Source: Chloroflexota bacterium
GTDB lineage: Bacteria; Chloroflexota; Dehalococcoidia; Lucifugimonadales; GCA-2722455
DNA length: 64,000 nt
Assembly (NCBI GenBank): GCA_002722455.1
Contig: PBMB01000019.1
Location: forward strand, 16,306-80,305
Direction: 5' to 3'
This document shows, piece by piece, positions 40,276 to 49,670 of the stretch (position 1 is the stretch's first letter; every line of letters starts with the position of its first letter). A model generated the notes under the pieces. The model saw only the letters and a program-made list of their open reading frames with translations, was not told the origin of the DNA and searched no databases. Position numbers and translations under genes: made by a program.

Positions 40276-41070
40276 ATGAAAAATCGCTTTGCTAAGAGCC
40301 TTCTTAAAAAATCTACTGTAAGTGGAACAGTTTCTATTTCAGCGTCAGGCGAACGATACGTTTCGTATCGTGGTGTTCGACCAATCTTTGAATCCGAATT
40401 CAAAGATAACGCACTAACGACAGAAAACTACAAATCCCACTTTTTAGGTCATGCCATTGATATGAATGGCTACAAATCAGACCTTTATTTAATTGAATAC
40501 GTTAAAGGCGGTTTTTCAGTTGATCGATATAATGCGATTATTAAATATGCAGAAGACGATCCTTGCTATTCTAGCGGTCTTTGCTTTATGATTAATGCTT
40601 TGGTTTACAAGCAATCTTACAATGAGGCTTTGATTACACTTTACAAACGTGCCGTTAAAGCAAGTATTCTTAAAGAAGAGTCCTACATTGTTGGTTATTC
40701 AGACAAACTAAACGATTTAGAGGACGAGAAGTATTACAACTCTGAGTATTACCTAAATCGACCTGAAAATGTTAATTACTTGTCAAAAGAAGTTGAAGAA
40801 ATGTCGGATGAAGACGTTGACCAACTGGAAAAAGAAACAAAACAAAAGCAAACTGACTATGATAACGCATATCGCAAAGAAAACGGATCTGTGCCTGTTG
40901 CTCCTGTATTAAAAAATCCTAAATATCATACATTTGAGTCAGAAAAAGAAGCTCAAAAATATTGTGGTAAATATTGGCGTAAAGTTAATGCTTTTTCAAA
41001 ATCTCATCTTAATGAAATTGTTAAAGAGATTGATTTTAATAAAATGATTATGAAAGACCTTTTTGCTTAA
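40276..41070 (+). CDS. Hypothetical protein
   Basis: ORF. Confidence 0.7.
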   Translation: MKNRFAKSLLKKSTVSGTVSISASGERYVSYRGVRPIFESEFKDNALTTENYKSHFLGHAIDMNGYKSDLYLIEYVKGGFSVDRYNAIIKYAEDDPCYSSGLCFMINALVYKQSYNEALITLYKRAVKASILKEESYIVGYSDKLNDLEDEKYYNSEYYLNRPENVNYLSKEVEEMSDEDVDQLEKETKQKQTDYDNAYRKENGSVPVAPVLKNPKYHTFESEKEAQKYCGKYWRKVNAFSKSHLNEIVKEIDFNKMIMKDLFA

Positions 41071-41090
41071 AAATTGACTTTATTTCTTTT

Positions 41091-41126
41091 AAAAGGTTGA
41101 ACTGTTCAACCTTTTTTTTGTATAAT
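41091..41126 (+). promoter_or_regulatory. Fused terminator/sigma70 promoter
   Basis: AAAAGGTTGAAC-T-GTTCAACCTTTT; -35 41097, 18 bp, TATAAT 41121. Confidence 0.75.
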
Positions 41127-41300
41127 TTCTTTATGTTTTTGATACTTAGAAAAAGAGCTAATAGAATATATCCAAGCGCACTTTATTACGACAGAACCGA
41201 AAAAAGAGAGTTTTTTCGAAAAAATATGGAATTCTCTTTTTTAAATGTATGTTTTTTGCTATAATTTAAAAACAAATTAAAAATAAAAAGGTTTACTACA

Positions 41301-41585
41301 ATGTATCAAGATTATTCTTTGGAAACTTCTTTTGGTGACTTCGTGGTTTCTATTCCAGAAAATTCAAAAGACCCACATGCTGCAGCCGTTGAGGAAATGA
41401 CTAATCAGTTAAACTCTGCTAATTGTCGTCAATCTTATCCTGACGAAAATGGCACTATTCAATCTATTGACGTTGGTTTTTACTATGGTCATAGTGTTGT
41501 TGATATTGAATATGACACTAACAGTGAGTCTATTGCACTAGATATTGCTACCGATAAATTAATTAAAGAACTTCAAGAACAATAA
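41301..41585 (+). CDS. Hypothetical acidic protein
   Basis: ORF. Confidence 0.6.
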   Translation: MYQDYSLETSFGDFVVSIPENSKDPHAAAVEEMTNQLNSANCRQSYPDENGTIQSIDVGFYYGHSVVDIEYDTNSESIALDIATDKLIKELQEQ

Positions 41586-41659
41586 TCAATAAAATAAATT
41601 ATACTTTTATAATATTTAATTCTAATTATTTTAAAGCCCTTTTCTTAGGGCTTTTTTAT

Positions 41660-42590
41660 TTTAAATGTTTGTCTGCTTTTTATTTTGCTATTGTTTTTGC
41701 GTATTTTGTTTTTTATTCTCTTTTATTTCATAAACTTAAACTCCAATATGTCATGTCTTTTATCCGCTTTGCATTTCTTTTGCTTTAAATAGTTAGAATT
41801 TTAATTCTTATATATAAATCCTTATTTTTTAAATTATTTGTTAATATAGTTTTTTATAATCTCATGTTTCTCATTTTTCCTTCTTTTTCTCTTTTTTGTG
41901 TTTTTTTAAAATAATTGTTTTTATTATCAATGTTTTATTGCTCATATATAATATGTAATCCTTTGTTTTTTTCCGTCTTTCGTTTTTTTGTTTTTATTCA
42001 ATATAGTCTTACATTTGTAAGACTATATTTAGAAGATTGAAAAATAAAATCCTTATTTTAAAGCAATGGGAAGCCATTATTTATTTTCTTTTTTTATTAT
42101 TATTGTTTTATTTATCTTTTTAAAAAACAATTCTTTTATTATCAGTGGTTTATTATTTATATATACAACATACAATCCTTTGTTTTTGTTAGTTGTTTGC
42201 TTTACTTATTGTTATTTAATGTCTTTTGTTTTTCAAAAGTTAAATTTAAATATCAACCAAATTAAATACTTATTTTTAAAGCTTTTTTTTAAATTGTATT
42301 TTTTACATTTTTTTAATTGCTCACTTTTTTTTGTTTTTTAAAATTATTTTGTTTTAGAACAATACCTTAGAGTTTATATAAAGAACCTAAATTTTGACAC
42401 TTATTTCTCTCTACTATTTTTAAAGAAGATTTTATTATTATATATAGTTTTCATTTAAATAAAAAAACTTGTTTTTAGATAAAAAACAAATTCCTTTTGC
42501 ATTATTGGCTTTCTTTTTATTGGTTTTTTTAGACTTTTTATTGGCTTTCTTTCATGAAACAGTAATTTAAGTCTTAAATAACCTCAAAAA
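41660..42590. other. Gene-free, extremely AT/T-rich region; candidate replication origin or recombination site
   Basis: Perfect palindrome 42000-42029; ~65-bp imperfect direct repeats with IHF consensus at 41925 and 42140; recurring AATCCTT(A/T) boxes. Confidence 0.5.
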
Positions 42591-42629
42591 AATGCTGCAA
42601 GCTGCAGCATCTTTATTTTCTTGTCGGCT

Positions 42630-43592
42630 TTATCTTTCTATCACGAAAAATTCTGCTATTTCGAGAGTTTTCTCTGATAATGATTTTGGTAATGTATCAA
42701 ATACCTCCCCTAACAAATCACCTTCTTCATTTTGGTATTCAAAATATGGAGCTGTCATTACCTCAAAGCCTTCAAACAGATCATTGTCCTTACCATAAAG
42801 CCAAGACCAAAACTCTTTCTCTGCCCCTGCCTGTTTCATTTGAGCAATCATTTCTTCTGGCTTTATAAATTGACCTTCTTCATTAGTTAAAATCCAAGTT
42901 CCAGATAAAGCGCAGTCTATTTCGCCTATTGTGTAAAACACCGTAGAATCGCTTTCTAGTTCGTGTCCAAACAAATGAACAGCCTTGTAGTCTGAAATAG
43001 AATCGTTTTTGATACTTTCATAGTTGAAGCTAACCATTTCTTCAAAAAGAATATAACAGCTTCGAAATGCGTCTAATTCAGAACCATTATCAAAATATAA
43101 ATCGGCTACAATCCCTTCGTCTGTTGTTTTCACTTCAACAAAATGCTCTTTATCTAATTTGATATGCCAACCGTTCCAAACGTCTTGATCTGTTAGCATC
43201 TTCTCAAAAGAACCAAAAGACAGATCTTTTATGAAACCTTCAGAGACAATATTTTCGATAGAAAAACCCATATCTTTTGAAATACCGAGTTCTTTATCGT
43301 TTATTGCCACATAGTAACAAAATTCTTCTTCTTCGCTAAAACACTCAAATTGTTTTGTGTTTACGACCAAAGGTAAATAAAGAATACCTGATATAACGAC
43401 AGGAGAGCGTTCTTCTAGGTTTTTAGATAGTTTGTTTAAGGGTTTGTTGAATAAACTTCTAGATAGCGCATTTTGCGCTTCTGATAGCGTTTTAAATTTT
43501 GATTGTTTTTTTAATTTCTTCGCTTCGTTTTTAAGCGTAGATAGTGGTTTGCCGTTTGGCAGAAATGTGAAGTTTTTAGTTTTGTTTTGCAT
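42630..43592 (-). CDS. Hypothetical protein with N-terminal 'glyoxalase superfamily' (Glyoxalase_8)-like helical domain
   Basis: LSTLKNEAKKLKKQSKFKTLSEAQNALSRSLFNKPLNKL. Confidence 0.65.
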   Translation of the reverse strand: MQNKTKNFTFLPNGKPLSTLKNEAKKLKKQSKFKTLSEAQNALSRSLFNKPLNKLSKNLEERSPVVISGILYLPLVVNTKQFECFSEEEEFCYYVAINDKELGISKDMGFSIENIVSEGFIKDLSFGSFEKMLTDQDVWNGWHIKLDKEHFVEVKTTDEGIVADLYFDNGSELDAFRSCYILFEEMVSFNYESIKNDSISDYKAVHLFGHELESDSTVFYTIGEIDCALSGTWILTNEEGQFIKPEEMIAQMKQAGAEKEFWSWLYGKDNDLFEGFEVMTAPYFEYQNEEGDLLGEVFDTLPKSLSEKTLEIAEFFVIER

Positions 43593-43740
43593 AATGAGTT
43601 CCTATTATTTTGCAATACGAAACAGCCCATAGTTCTTAATGCTTAGAAAAACATTAATGTTCGTGTTTGTTTATTTTGTTTTACTTCTCGTATCTAATAC
43701 TTTACCAAGTGGGCTTGGAGGCTTAGAAGACAACCTACTC
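43593..43740 (-). ncRNA. Candidate structured 5' leader RNA (copy A)
   Basis: Promoter TTGTAC-17-TAATAT, then AGGTTG-N7-AGCC-N8-CACTTGGTAAA; long-range AGCCCA/TGGGCT stem; shared with 60275. Confidence 0.55.
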
Positions 43741-43833
43741 ACTAATATTAACTCAAGATTATTTTTAGTACAAGCTTTTTTATTGTTGCTTTTTTGTTTG
43801 TTTTTTAGTATTATATGCGTATCTTAAAAACAA

Positions 43834-44085
43834 ATGAGAAATCACATGAGTAAAACAACAACCTTGAGCAGTCACAAATGTTTTAACTGTAAAGAATCTG
43901 ATAAATATCACCTTGATGACTCATTTGGTGAAAATTGCTCTCAATGTTCAGAAAATTCTCTTTGTGAAGAATGTCTATTGGACAAAGAATACCCGCATGT
44001 TGTTTCTCATAGTAACCAACATTGTTCTTTTAAAGCCATTGCTCGTGGAAAAACAAAAAAAGAAGCTGTTGAAGCTTGGGAATAA
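43834..44085 (+). CDS. Cys-rich protein with Lar-like C-terminal motif
   Basis: Several CxxC; GKTKKEAVEAW. Confidence 0.55.
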   Translation: MRNHMSKTTTLSSHKCFNCKESDKYHLDDSFGENCSQCSENSLCEECLLDKEYPHVVSHSNQHCSFKAIARGKTKKEAVEAWE

Positions 44086-44134
44086 AATAACAACGTTAAA
44101 AACGCAAGACAAACTTGTTAATTTTGGAGCTATT

Positions 44135-44794
44135 ATGATCGTCAAACGACTTGAATGTGTTCTCGACAAAGATATGAAAAAACGATTTGTCGCCATCTTA
44201 AACTCAACTATGGAGAAGCTTAATTACAAGCCTTCTGATTATCACATTGTTGAACGAAATAACATGATTGGAGCATTTTACTCTCCTATTGATCTAGACC
44301 TTGATTATTCTAAAAATGAACCGAAATCAAAACCTTTATACATTGCTGATACGTCTTTTTGTCTTTCCATAGGCAAACACGCTTTTAGCGATGAAATCCT
44401 GTTCGGTTTAGAACATAAAAACGCTAATTTCTTATTTGGCGCACAGACTCCATATAATGAATCTACTGAATATGCTTCTGTTAGAGCCATTATTGATAAC
44501 TTTGTTCTTTTTACCGAAACAACATTAGAACATTTCTACTTTGGAAACGGCAAACCAGAGTTGTTATTGAAAAACAATCGTATTCTTATGGAAACAGACG
44601 ATTATTTGAAATCTATGCTTAAAAAGATTATGCGCTCTAATCTTTATACTGAAATGAATGAGGAAATTTATTTTAGTCAGCAAGAAATCAAAGCAAATTT
44701 TGAAAAACGCATTAAAGTCGTTGAAGAAATTTTAAAAAAAAAAACACAGCACAAAAAGCCGCCTCCAGTGGCTTTTTTCTTTTGTATTTTATAA
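44135..44794 (+). CDS. Hypothetical protein
   Basis: Start behind GGAG RBS; 3' end reads through a terminator hairpin. Confidence 0.6.
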   Translation: MIVKRLECVLDKDMKKRFVAILNSTMEKLNYKPSDYHIVERNNMIGAFYSPIDLDLDYSKNEPKSKPLYIADTSFCLSIGKHAFSDEILFGLEHKNANFLFGAQTPYNESTEYASVRAIIDNFVLFTETTLEHFYFGNGKPELLLKNNRILMETDDYLKSMLKKIMRSNLYTEMNEEIYFSQQEIKANFEKRIKVVEEILKKKTQHKKPPPVAFFFCIL

Positions 44795-45055
44795 AATAAT
44801 ACAATCATTTAATCACAGGTATTAGAAATAGAATTACAAAGTTTTGTTGAGAAATTAAAAACAGCTTCAATTGATCAAATTAAAGATATGCAAACTTCAA
44901 GACATCACTTTGTTGAGAATTATTCTTTTTTTCGTCATGTCTGAAAACCAGTCAGTTTTTAAGAAGAAATACGTCAAAAATATAATTTCAAACATTGTTT
45001 TGTAGTCTTTGTTTTGCTATAATATTTAGACATTTTAAAGCAAAGAGAAATCAAA

Positions 45056-45475
45056 ATGATTAAAGATAAATTAAATGCAATGCCGTATATTGGTGGACAT
45101 ACAGGGTTTGTCGCTAATTTCGAAACCATGACAAATAAAGACATTGACGTTTATCTTGCTTATTTACTAGGTGAAATTAACGCAGATCAGTTAATCAATG
45201 GTGTTACTGTTACTCGCTATACTGAATCTGAGACAGAAGCCTACAAACTCATTCATGAAAACAGCATTGCTATTATTCCTATTAAAGAGAATGGCTACCG
45301 TGCAGCAAAAATGGAGTTTAATGATTCCGAAGAAATGGAGTACGTCTCTGGTTACAAATCTTGTTCTGAAAATGATCTTGTCCCTATCGTTTCTGGATTA
45401 AAAACTCTTTGCCGAGTTCTTGAAATCGAAGAATTAGAAAAAGCAATTAATCTGTTTGAAACTCTACAAAAATAG
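45056..45475 (+). CDS. Hypothetical protein
   Basis: ORF with promoter. Confidence 0.65.
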   Translation: MIKDKLNAMPYIGGHTGFVANFETMTNKDIDVYLAYLLGEINADQLINGVTVTRYTESETEAYKLIHENSIAIIPIKENGYRAAKMEFNDSEEMEYVSGYKSCSENDLVPIVSGLKTLCRVLEIEELEKAINLFETLQK

Positions 45476-45547
45476 TGTTTTATTCGTTGATTATTATTTT
45501 GGATTAGGTTAAGATTAAAGCACATTTCGGAGATAGGAAGAAAAATT

Positions 45548-45886
45548 ATGAGCATGAACCTTCATTTAAAAATCGACGGTGAAGACATTCCATTGGAGCA
45601 GACCAAAACAAAAGAGACTTCTTTTGTCCTTGGTGTCGATGTTGAAAAATGCACAGACGGTCAAGGTTATTCAACTGGATTTCAACTTTCTTCTATTAAA
45701 AATCCAGATTCATTTAATGAAGCTTACGAGCGACTAAAAGAATTGGCTTTTACAAAATCTGTTGAACATGGCAGTATTGATAACTTGCTAATTGAAGGAA
45801 CTATCCGAATCAAAGACTCTTTAAACTATCTTAGTTATAAGGGTAATATCCCTGTTCGTAGTGAAGCAGTTCTTTACTTTCTTTAA
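45548..45886 (+). CDS. Hypothetical protein
   Basis: ORF. Confidence 0.6.
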   Translation: MSMNLHLKIDGEDIPLEQTKTKETSFVLGVDVEKCTDGQGYSTGFQLSSIKNPDSFNEAYERLKELAFTKSVEHGSIDNLLIEGTIRIKDSLNYLSYKGNIPVRSEAVLYFL

Positions 45887-46003
45887 TCTTTGATTTTTCT
45901 TATTAACATTTATTGGACAAAAAAAATAAAAATAATGTAACAGCCTTTTAATTTGTAGATTATTTGGCTATTATATTAAAACAATATATTCTCGGTTAAA
46001 TAA

Positions 46004-46642
46004 ATGGACATGACACTAGACGATTTTCTAAACAAAGATAATGTTGAAGTTAAACACATTAGAAAAAATGTAAGAAAAGCAGGAAACGATACTTATTATT
46101 ATTCAGTTGCTCTCATTATTACTATCAAGCAGGGATTTGAAAACAAAGATTTAGAAATCGCATTCTTTCAAGAAAAAGATGAATCAAAAACCAATTTAAT
46201 AATTGCACCTTCCATTAGACTTGGGAATAAAAACATTGGTTTGTTAAGTGTTTTTGAGATTGAACCCGATATTGCAAAAATCGTTAAAAATGAAATCGTT
46301 TCTTTTTTAACGGCTTTCGAATTTAACTTTTTGGGTTATGGCGAAACGCTTGACGATTTTAAAATCAAAAAACACAAAGATAATCAAGATATTTTCTCTA
46401 TTCACCCGCTTAAAGACATTGGCTACAATGACTCATTAGAAATTGAAAAAAATATATTCCGACACTTTCTAAAATCCAATAAAGCATTGAACTTTGAAAA
46501 TGAAAATGACATTGATTTTATCAAAGACCCAAAAATTTTTGATATTCTATGCCATTTAAAAATGAAAGAAATTGAAAATTTACTGTCTGGACATTCTTCT
46601 AAAGATTGGGTTGATATTATTTTATTAAACAAAACTATCTAA
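46004..46642 (+). CDS. Hypothetical protein
   Basis: ORF. Confidence 0.65.
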   Translation: MDMTLDDFLNKDNVEVKHIRKNVRKAGNDTYYYSVALIITIKQGFENKDLEIAFFQEKDESKTNLIIAPSIRLGNKNIGLLSVFEIEPDIAKIVKNEIVSFLTAFEFNFLGYGETLDDFKIKKHKDNQDIFSIHPLKDIGYNDSLEIEKNIFRHFLKSNKALNFENENDIDFIKDPKIFDILCHLKMKEIENLLSGHSSKDWVDIILLNKTI

Positions 46643-46651
46643 AGGTATTGT

Positions 46652-46867
46652 ATGACTGAAAAACGAGTTATGATTAAAAATCGACAAACTGGTAAGTATT
46701 GGTATGGGTTTGGAAAAGGTGAGTCAACCAGTAGTTTTTTTGAAGAACGAGATTATGAAGATACGACAATCAAACAAGCTACTCATTATGATCTAAATGA
46801 CAAGCGAGAGTCTGATTATCTCAATGCAAACTTTAATGAAAAAGAGCATGAACTTATTGAAGTTTAA
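46652..46867 (+). CDS. Small hypothetical protein
   Basis: ORF. Confidence 0.6.
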   Translation: MTEKRVMIKNRQTGKYWYGFGKGESTSSFFEERDYEDTTIKQATHYDLNDKRESDYLNANFNEKEHELIEV

Positions 46868-46912
46868 TAATTAAAAGAAAAGCCGCTTCAAGCGGCTTTT
46901 TTTGATTCTGAA

Positions 46913-47110
46913 TTATTCTTTCAACGATTCGTCTTTAATTTCCCAACGTCTATTACAGGTTGTGCAACAATCGTGGTTTTGATCGTAAATCAATGGCATA
47001 CCAAAAGAACAAAAAGGACAAATCTCTGTCTCAGGCTTTTGTCTTACAGGTGGTTTCTTCTTTGGTTTTGAAAAAATTGCTTTAAGATTTGGAATTTTAA
47101 TCGTCTTCAT
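46913..47110 (-). CDS. Small Zn-ribbon protein
   Basis: CPFC..CTTC; minus-strand TGCTATAAT promoter. Confidence 0.6.
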   Translation of the reverse strand: MKTIKIPNLKAIFSKPKKKPPVRQKPETEICPFCSFGMPLIYDQNHDCCTTCNRRWEIKDESLKE

Positions 47111-47244
47111 TTTGCTAATCTCTTCTTTGTCTATTTGCTTTATTATAGCAAGAAATCACCATTAGAACAAGTTTGTTTTTTTATTGCTTTAAATCTATTT
47201 TTATCGTATAATTAACTTAGTTTAAAAATCAAAAGGGCGCAGAA

Positions 47245-48312
47245 ATGCTAGTTTCAGTTCAAGACGTTAAAGTAAGAAAGCACACAGATTCTCAACGTGA
47301 AAAAACGTATTATCTTGATTCTCTAATTAAAAGAAAAATCAAAGAGAAAGGCTCTGTTTTCCCTAAGCTTTTCCGTCACCTTGATACTTTTGACATGGAA
47401 CAAGTTTCTAAGCACATTTCAGAAGATTTTGGTTTAAACATGCGTAAGCTGCAGGTTTCTACCTCTTACATTGGAAGCAGCCACACGGTAAGTTATGCAG
47501 AAGGTGGTGATATTTTCATTCACAACGGTCATAGACACTCTTTAATGGTTCTTCTTCATGAATACGCTCATATTTTTACAGATTTCTTTTTCCGTTCTGT
47601 AAATGGTTCTGCTCATGACGGTTATTTTAATGCTGCATACCGATTTTTACTAAATCATTATCATATTTTGTCTTATGACGAATTTAATGAACTTGCTAAG
47701 ATTGCAAAAGTTGAAGTCTATGTTGACGCAATCGCAGGTTTCGATTTTGTTACAGAAGACGTTTTTAACAGTCTCTATCAAGAACTTGTTGAAAATGATA
47801 AAGACGTTTACTTGCCGTATTGGGTTCGCTGTAATGGCTTAGAGCGCAATATTTTCAATGGTAAAAGAACGGTTCATTACTTTATTAAAAACCCTATCAC
47901 TGGTCAATTTATTGTTTCTTCTGTTAATAAGTGTCATTTTGAATATAGTCATGAATTTTCAGAAATGACAAAAGAAGAAATGAAAAATACTGTATTGCTA
48001 TCACCTGTTTTCCTTATGGACGAAAGCGGTGAAAAAGTAACAGGTCGAGATTTTGGTAGTCCAAGAGGTTGTTATGGCTATGCTATTGCTGATGGACGCA
48101 ACATTGACAATGGCTTATGTGGCTTTCACTCAACTTCTGGCTTCTACTCATACGGTTGCGAAAAAGAAGACAAAAAAGATTCCGCAAAAGAACTTAGCAA
48201 TGATGTTAAATACTTTAAAAAATCTGGTCTTAATGTCATTAAAACCACTTCTGAAAAAGAATATCGTCGTTTATATTCACTTATGAGAGAACGTTATTAC
48301 GATGTAAGATAA
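47245..48312 (+). CDS. Zincin (HExxH) metalloprotease domain protein, SprT-like
   Basis: VLLHEYAHI...AHDGYF. Confidence 0.7.
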   Translation: MLVSVQDVKVRKHTDSQREKTYYLDSLIKRKIKEKGSVFPKLFRHLDTFDMEQVSKHISEDFGLNMRKLQVSTSYIGSSHTVSYAEGGDIFIHNGHRHSLMVLLHEYAHIFTDFFFRSVNGSAHDGYFNAAYRFLLNHYHILSYDEFNELAKIAKVEVYVDAIAGFDFVTEDVFNSLYQELVENDKDVYLPYWVRCNGLERNIFNGKRTVHYFIKNPITGQFIVSSVNKCHFEYSHEFSEMTKEEMKNTVLLSPVFLMDESGEKVTGRDFGSPRGCYGYAIADGRNIDNGLCGFHSTSGFYSYGCEKEDKKDSAKELSNDVKYFKKSGLNVIKTTSEKEYRRLYSLMRERYYDVR

Positions 48313-48380
48313 TTTGTTACAATTTAATCGACGATTAAAACAAAATCTTATTTAAATAACCAATTTAAAAGACAACCAAT

Positions 48381-48683
48381 ATGACTATTCCTGAATACTG
48401 GTGTTGTTTGACTGACGAAGGCAACACCTTTTACACTGAACTTGCAAAAAAATACCAACCCATTTTCGAAAGCACCGAAGAACCTGTCGAATCAATGATT
48501 GCTTATTTGAAAGAAGGCGTTGCATTTGAAGCAACTCCTGATGGTCTTAACGCAGACGTCACAAAAGAAGTTCAAGCGTTTGTTTACCAATTTGTTTCAG
48601 ACTCATTAAAACGATTTAATGTAACAGAAGAACAAGTTAACGAACTTTATTGGGAAGCGTATTATGACTACAATTTTACCTAA
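48381..48683 (+). CDS. Hypothetical acidic protein
   Basis: ORF. Confidence 0.6.
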   Translation: MTIPEYWCCLTDEGNTFYTELAKKYQPIFESTEEPVESMIAYLKEGVAFEATPDGLNADVTKEVQAFVYQFVSDSLKRFNVTEEQVNELYWEAYYDYNFT

Positions 48684-48772
48684 TTTTTTATCTTTTACCT
48701 TTGATTCTTGTTTTTATTTTTGATATAATACACGCATTCATTAAACAGTTATTTAGATTAAGGTTTAAGCCC

Positions 48773-49087
48773 ATGATTGAAGTTAAAAACAAGAGCATTG
48801 CTACTATTGTTCTAAAACTTGTGCAAAAAAAGAAAAAGAATCTTTTTGAAATCGATCTACACGAAGCTGTCGAGCGAATTAAAGGTAGCACTGTTTTCTT
48901 TGACGACTTAGAAATCAAACCTATTGTTTCAAACTGGCTTATGCTTAATTCTGATAAACAACAAGAAGCTTTGAAAACAAATCCACATTTGAAAAAGTTT
49001 CAAAAAAACATTACAGAATCATTCGCAGAGTTCGACACTACTCCTGAAGAGTTTTTCACTACCATTCATAACACTTACAAAAAATAA
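48773..49087 (+). CDS. Hypothetical protein
   Basis: Start behind AAGGTT RBS. Confidence 0.6.
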   Translation: MIEVKNKSIATIVLKLVQKKKKNLFEIDLHEAVERIKGSTVFFDDLEIKPIVSNWLMLNSDKQQEALKTNPHLKKFQKNITESFAEFDTTPEEFFTTIHNTYKK

Positions 49088-49095
49088 GGCTTATT

Positions 49096-49587
49096 ATGCT
49101 TCTCGAAGAAAACGAAATTACAGAAGAAACCATTAACAAAAAAACACATAGTCGAACCGTTTTAATCCTACCAACAGAAGGTGTTGAAATTGGAGCTGTT
49201 TTTGAAGCGAATTTTAACGTGGAAAAAGTCCTTGACGAAGAAGATTCAAATTGTTTTCTTTCTGACACTTCTCTGATGGCAGAAGTTCGCCCGTCTAAAC
49301 ATGCTTTTATCATTTCCGATATTAGCACTATTAATTTTGATACTTTTGTCAAACCGCAAGAAGTTTTTGACTTTGAAGATATCAAAGAAGAATCAAAAGG
49401 TGTTATTTATCAATTTCCAATGGGTTTTGACACTGAAAATGATAGCTATGACGAAGTTATGAAAAAAGTTGGCATTGACACTTTGCTTTCTTGGTTCGAC
49501 GACGAAAAAGACCCATTTATGAGAATCTTTAACGAGATTCATAAAATTTATGGCAATGACCCGAAAAACTTTATCTTAAAAAAATAA
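49096..49587 (+). CDS. Hypothetical acidic protein
   Basis: ORF. Confidence 0.6.
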   Translation: MLLEENEITEETINKKTHSRTVLILPTEGVEIGAVFEANFNVEKVLDEEDSNCFLSDTSLMAEVRPSKHAFIISDISTINFDTFVKPQEVFDFEDIKEESKGVIYQFPMGFDTENDSYDEVMKKVGIDTLLSWFDDEKDPFMRIFNEIHKIYGNDPKNFILKK

Positions 49588-49606
49588 TTGTTTTAAAAAT
49601 AAATAA

Positions 49607-49641
49607 AAAGCCTTGTCTATACAGGGCTTTTTTTGTATAAT
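49607..49641 (+). promoter_or_regulatory. Fused terminator/sigma70 promoter
   Basis: AAGCCTTGT-CTAT-ACAGGGCTT; -35 49613, 17 bp, TATAAT 49636. Confidence 0.8.
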
Positions 49642-49670
49642 AGCCTTATCGTTTTTTTTAAGGCTATCTC

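Noticed and set aside
42066-42341. 91-aa hydrophobic ORF
   Set aside because: F/L/I-rich by-product of the T-rich non-coding region; no RBS
43639-43827. 62-aa plus-strand ORF
   Set aside because: Overlaps the divergent promoters and the minus-strand leader; no RBS
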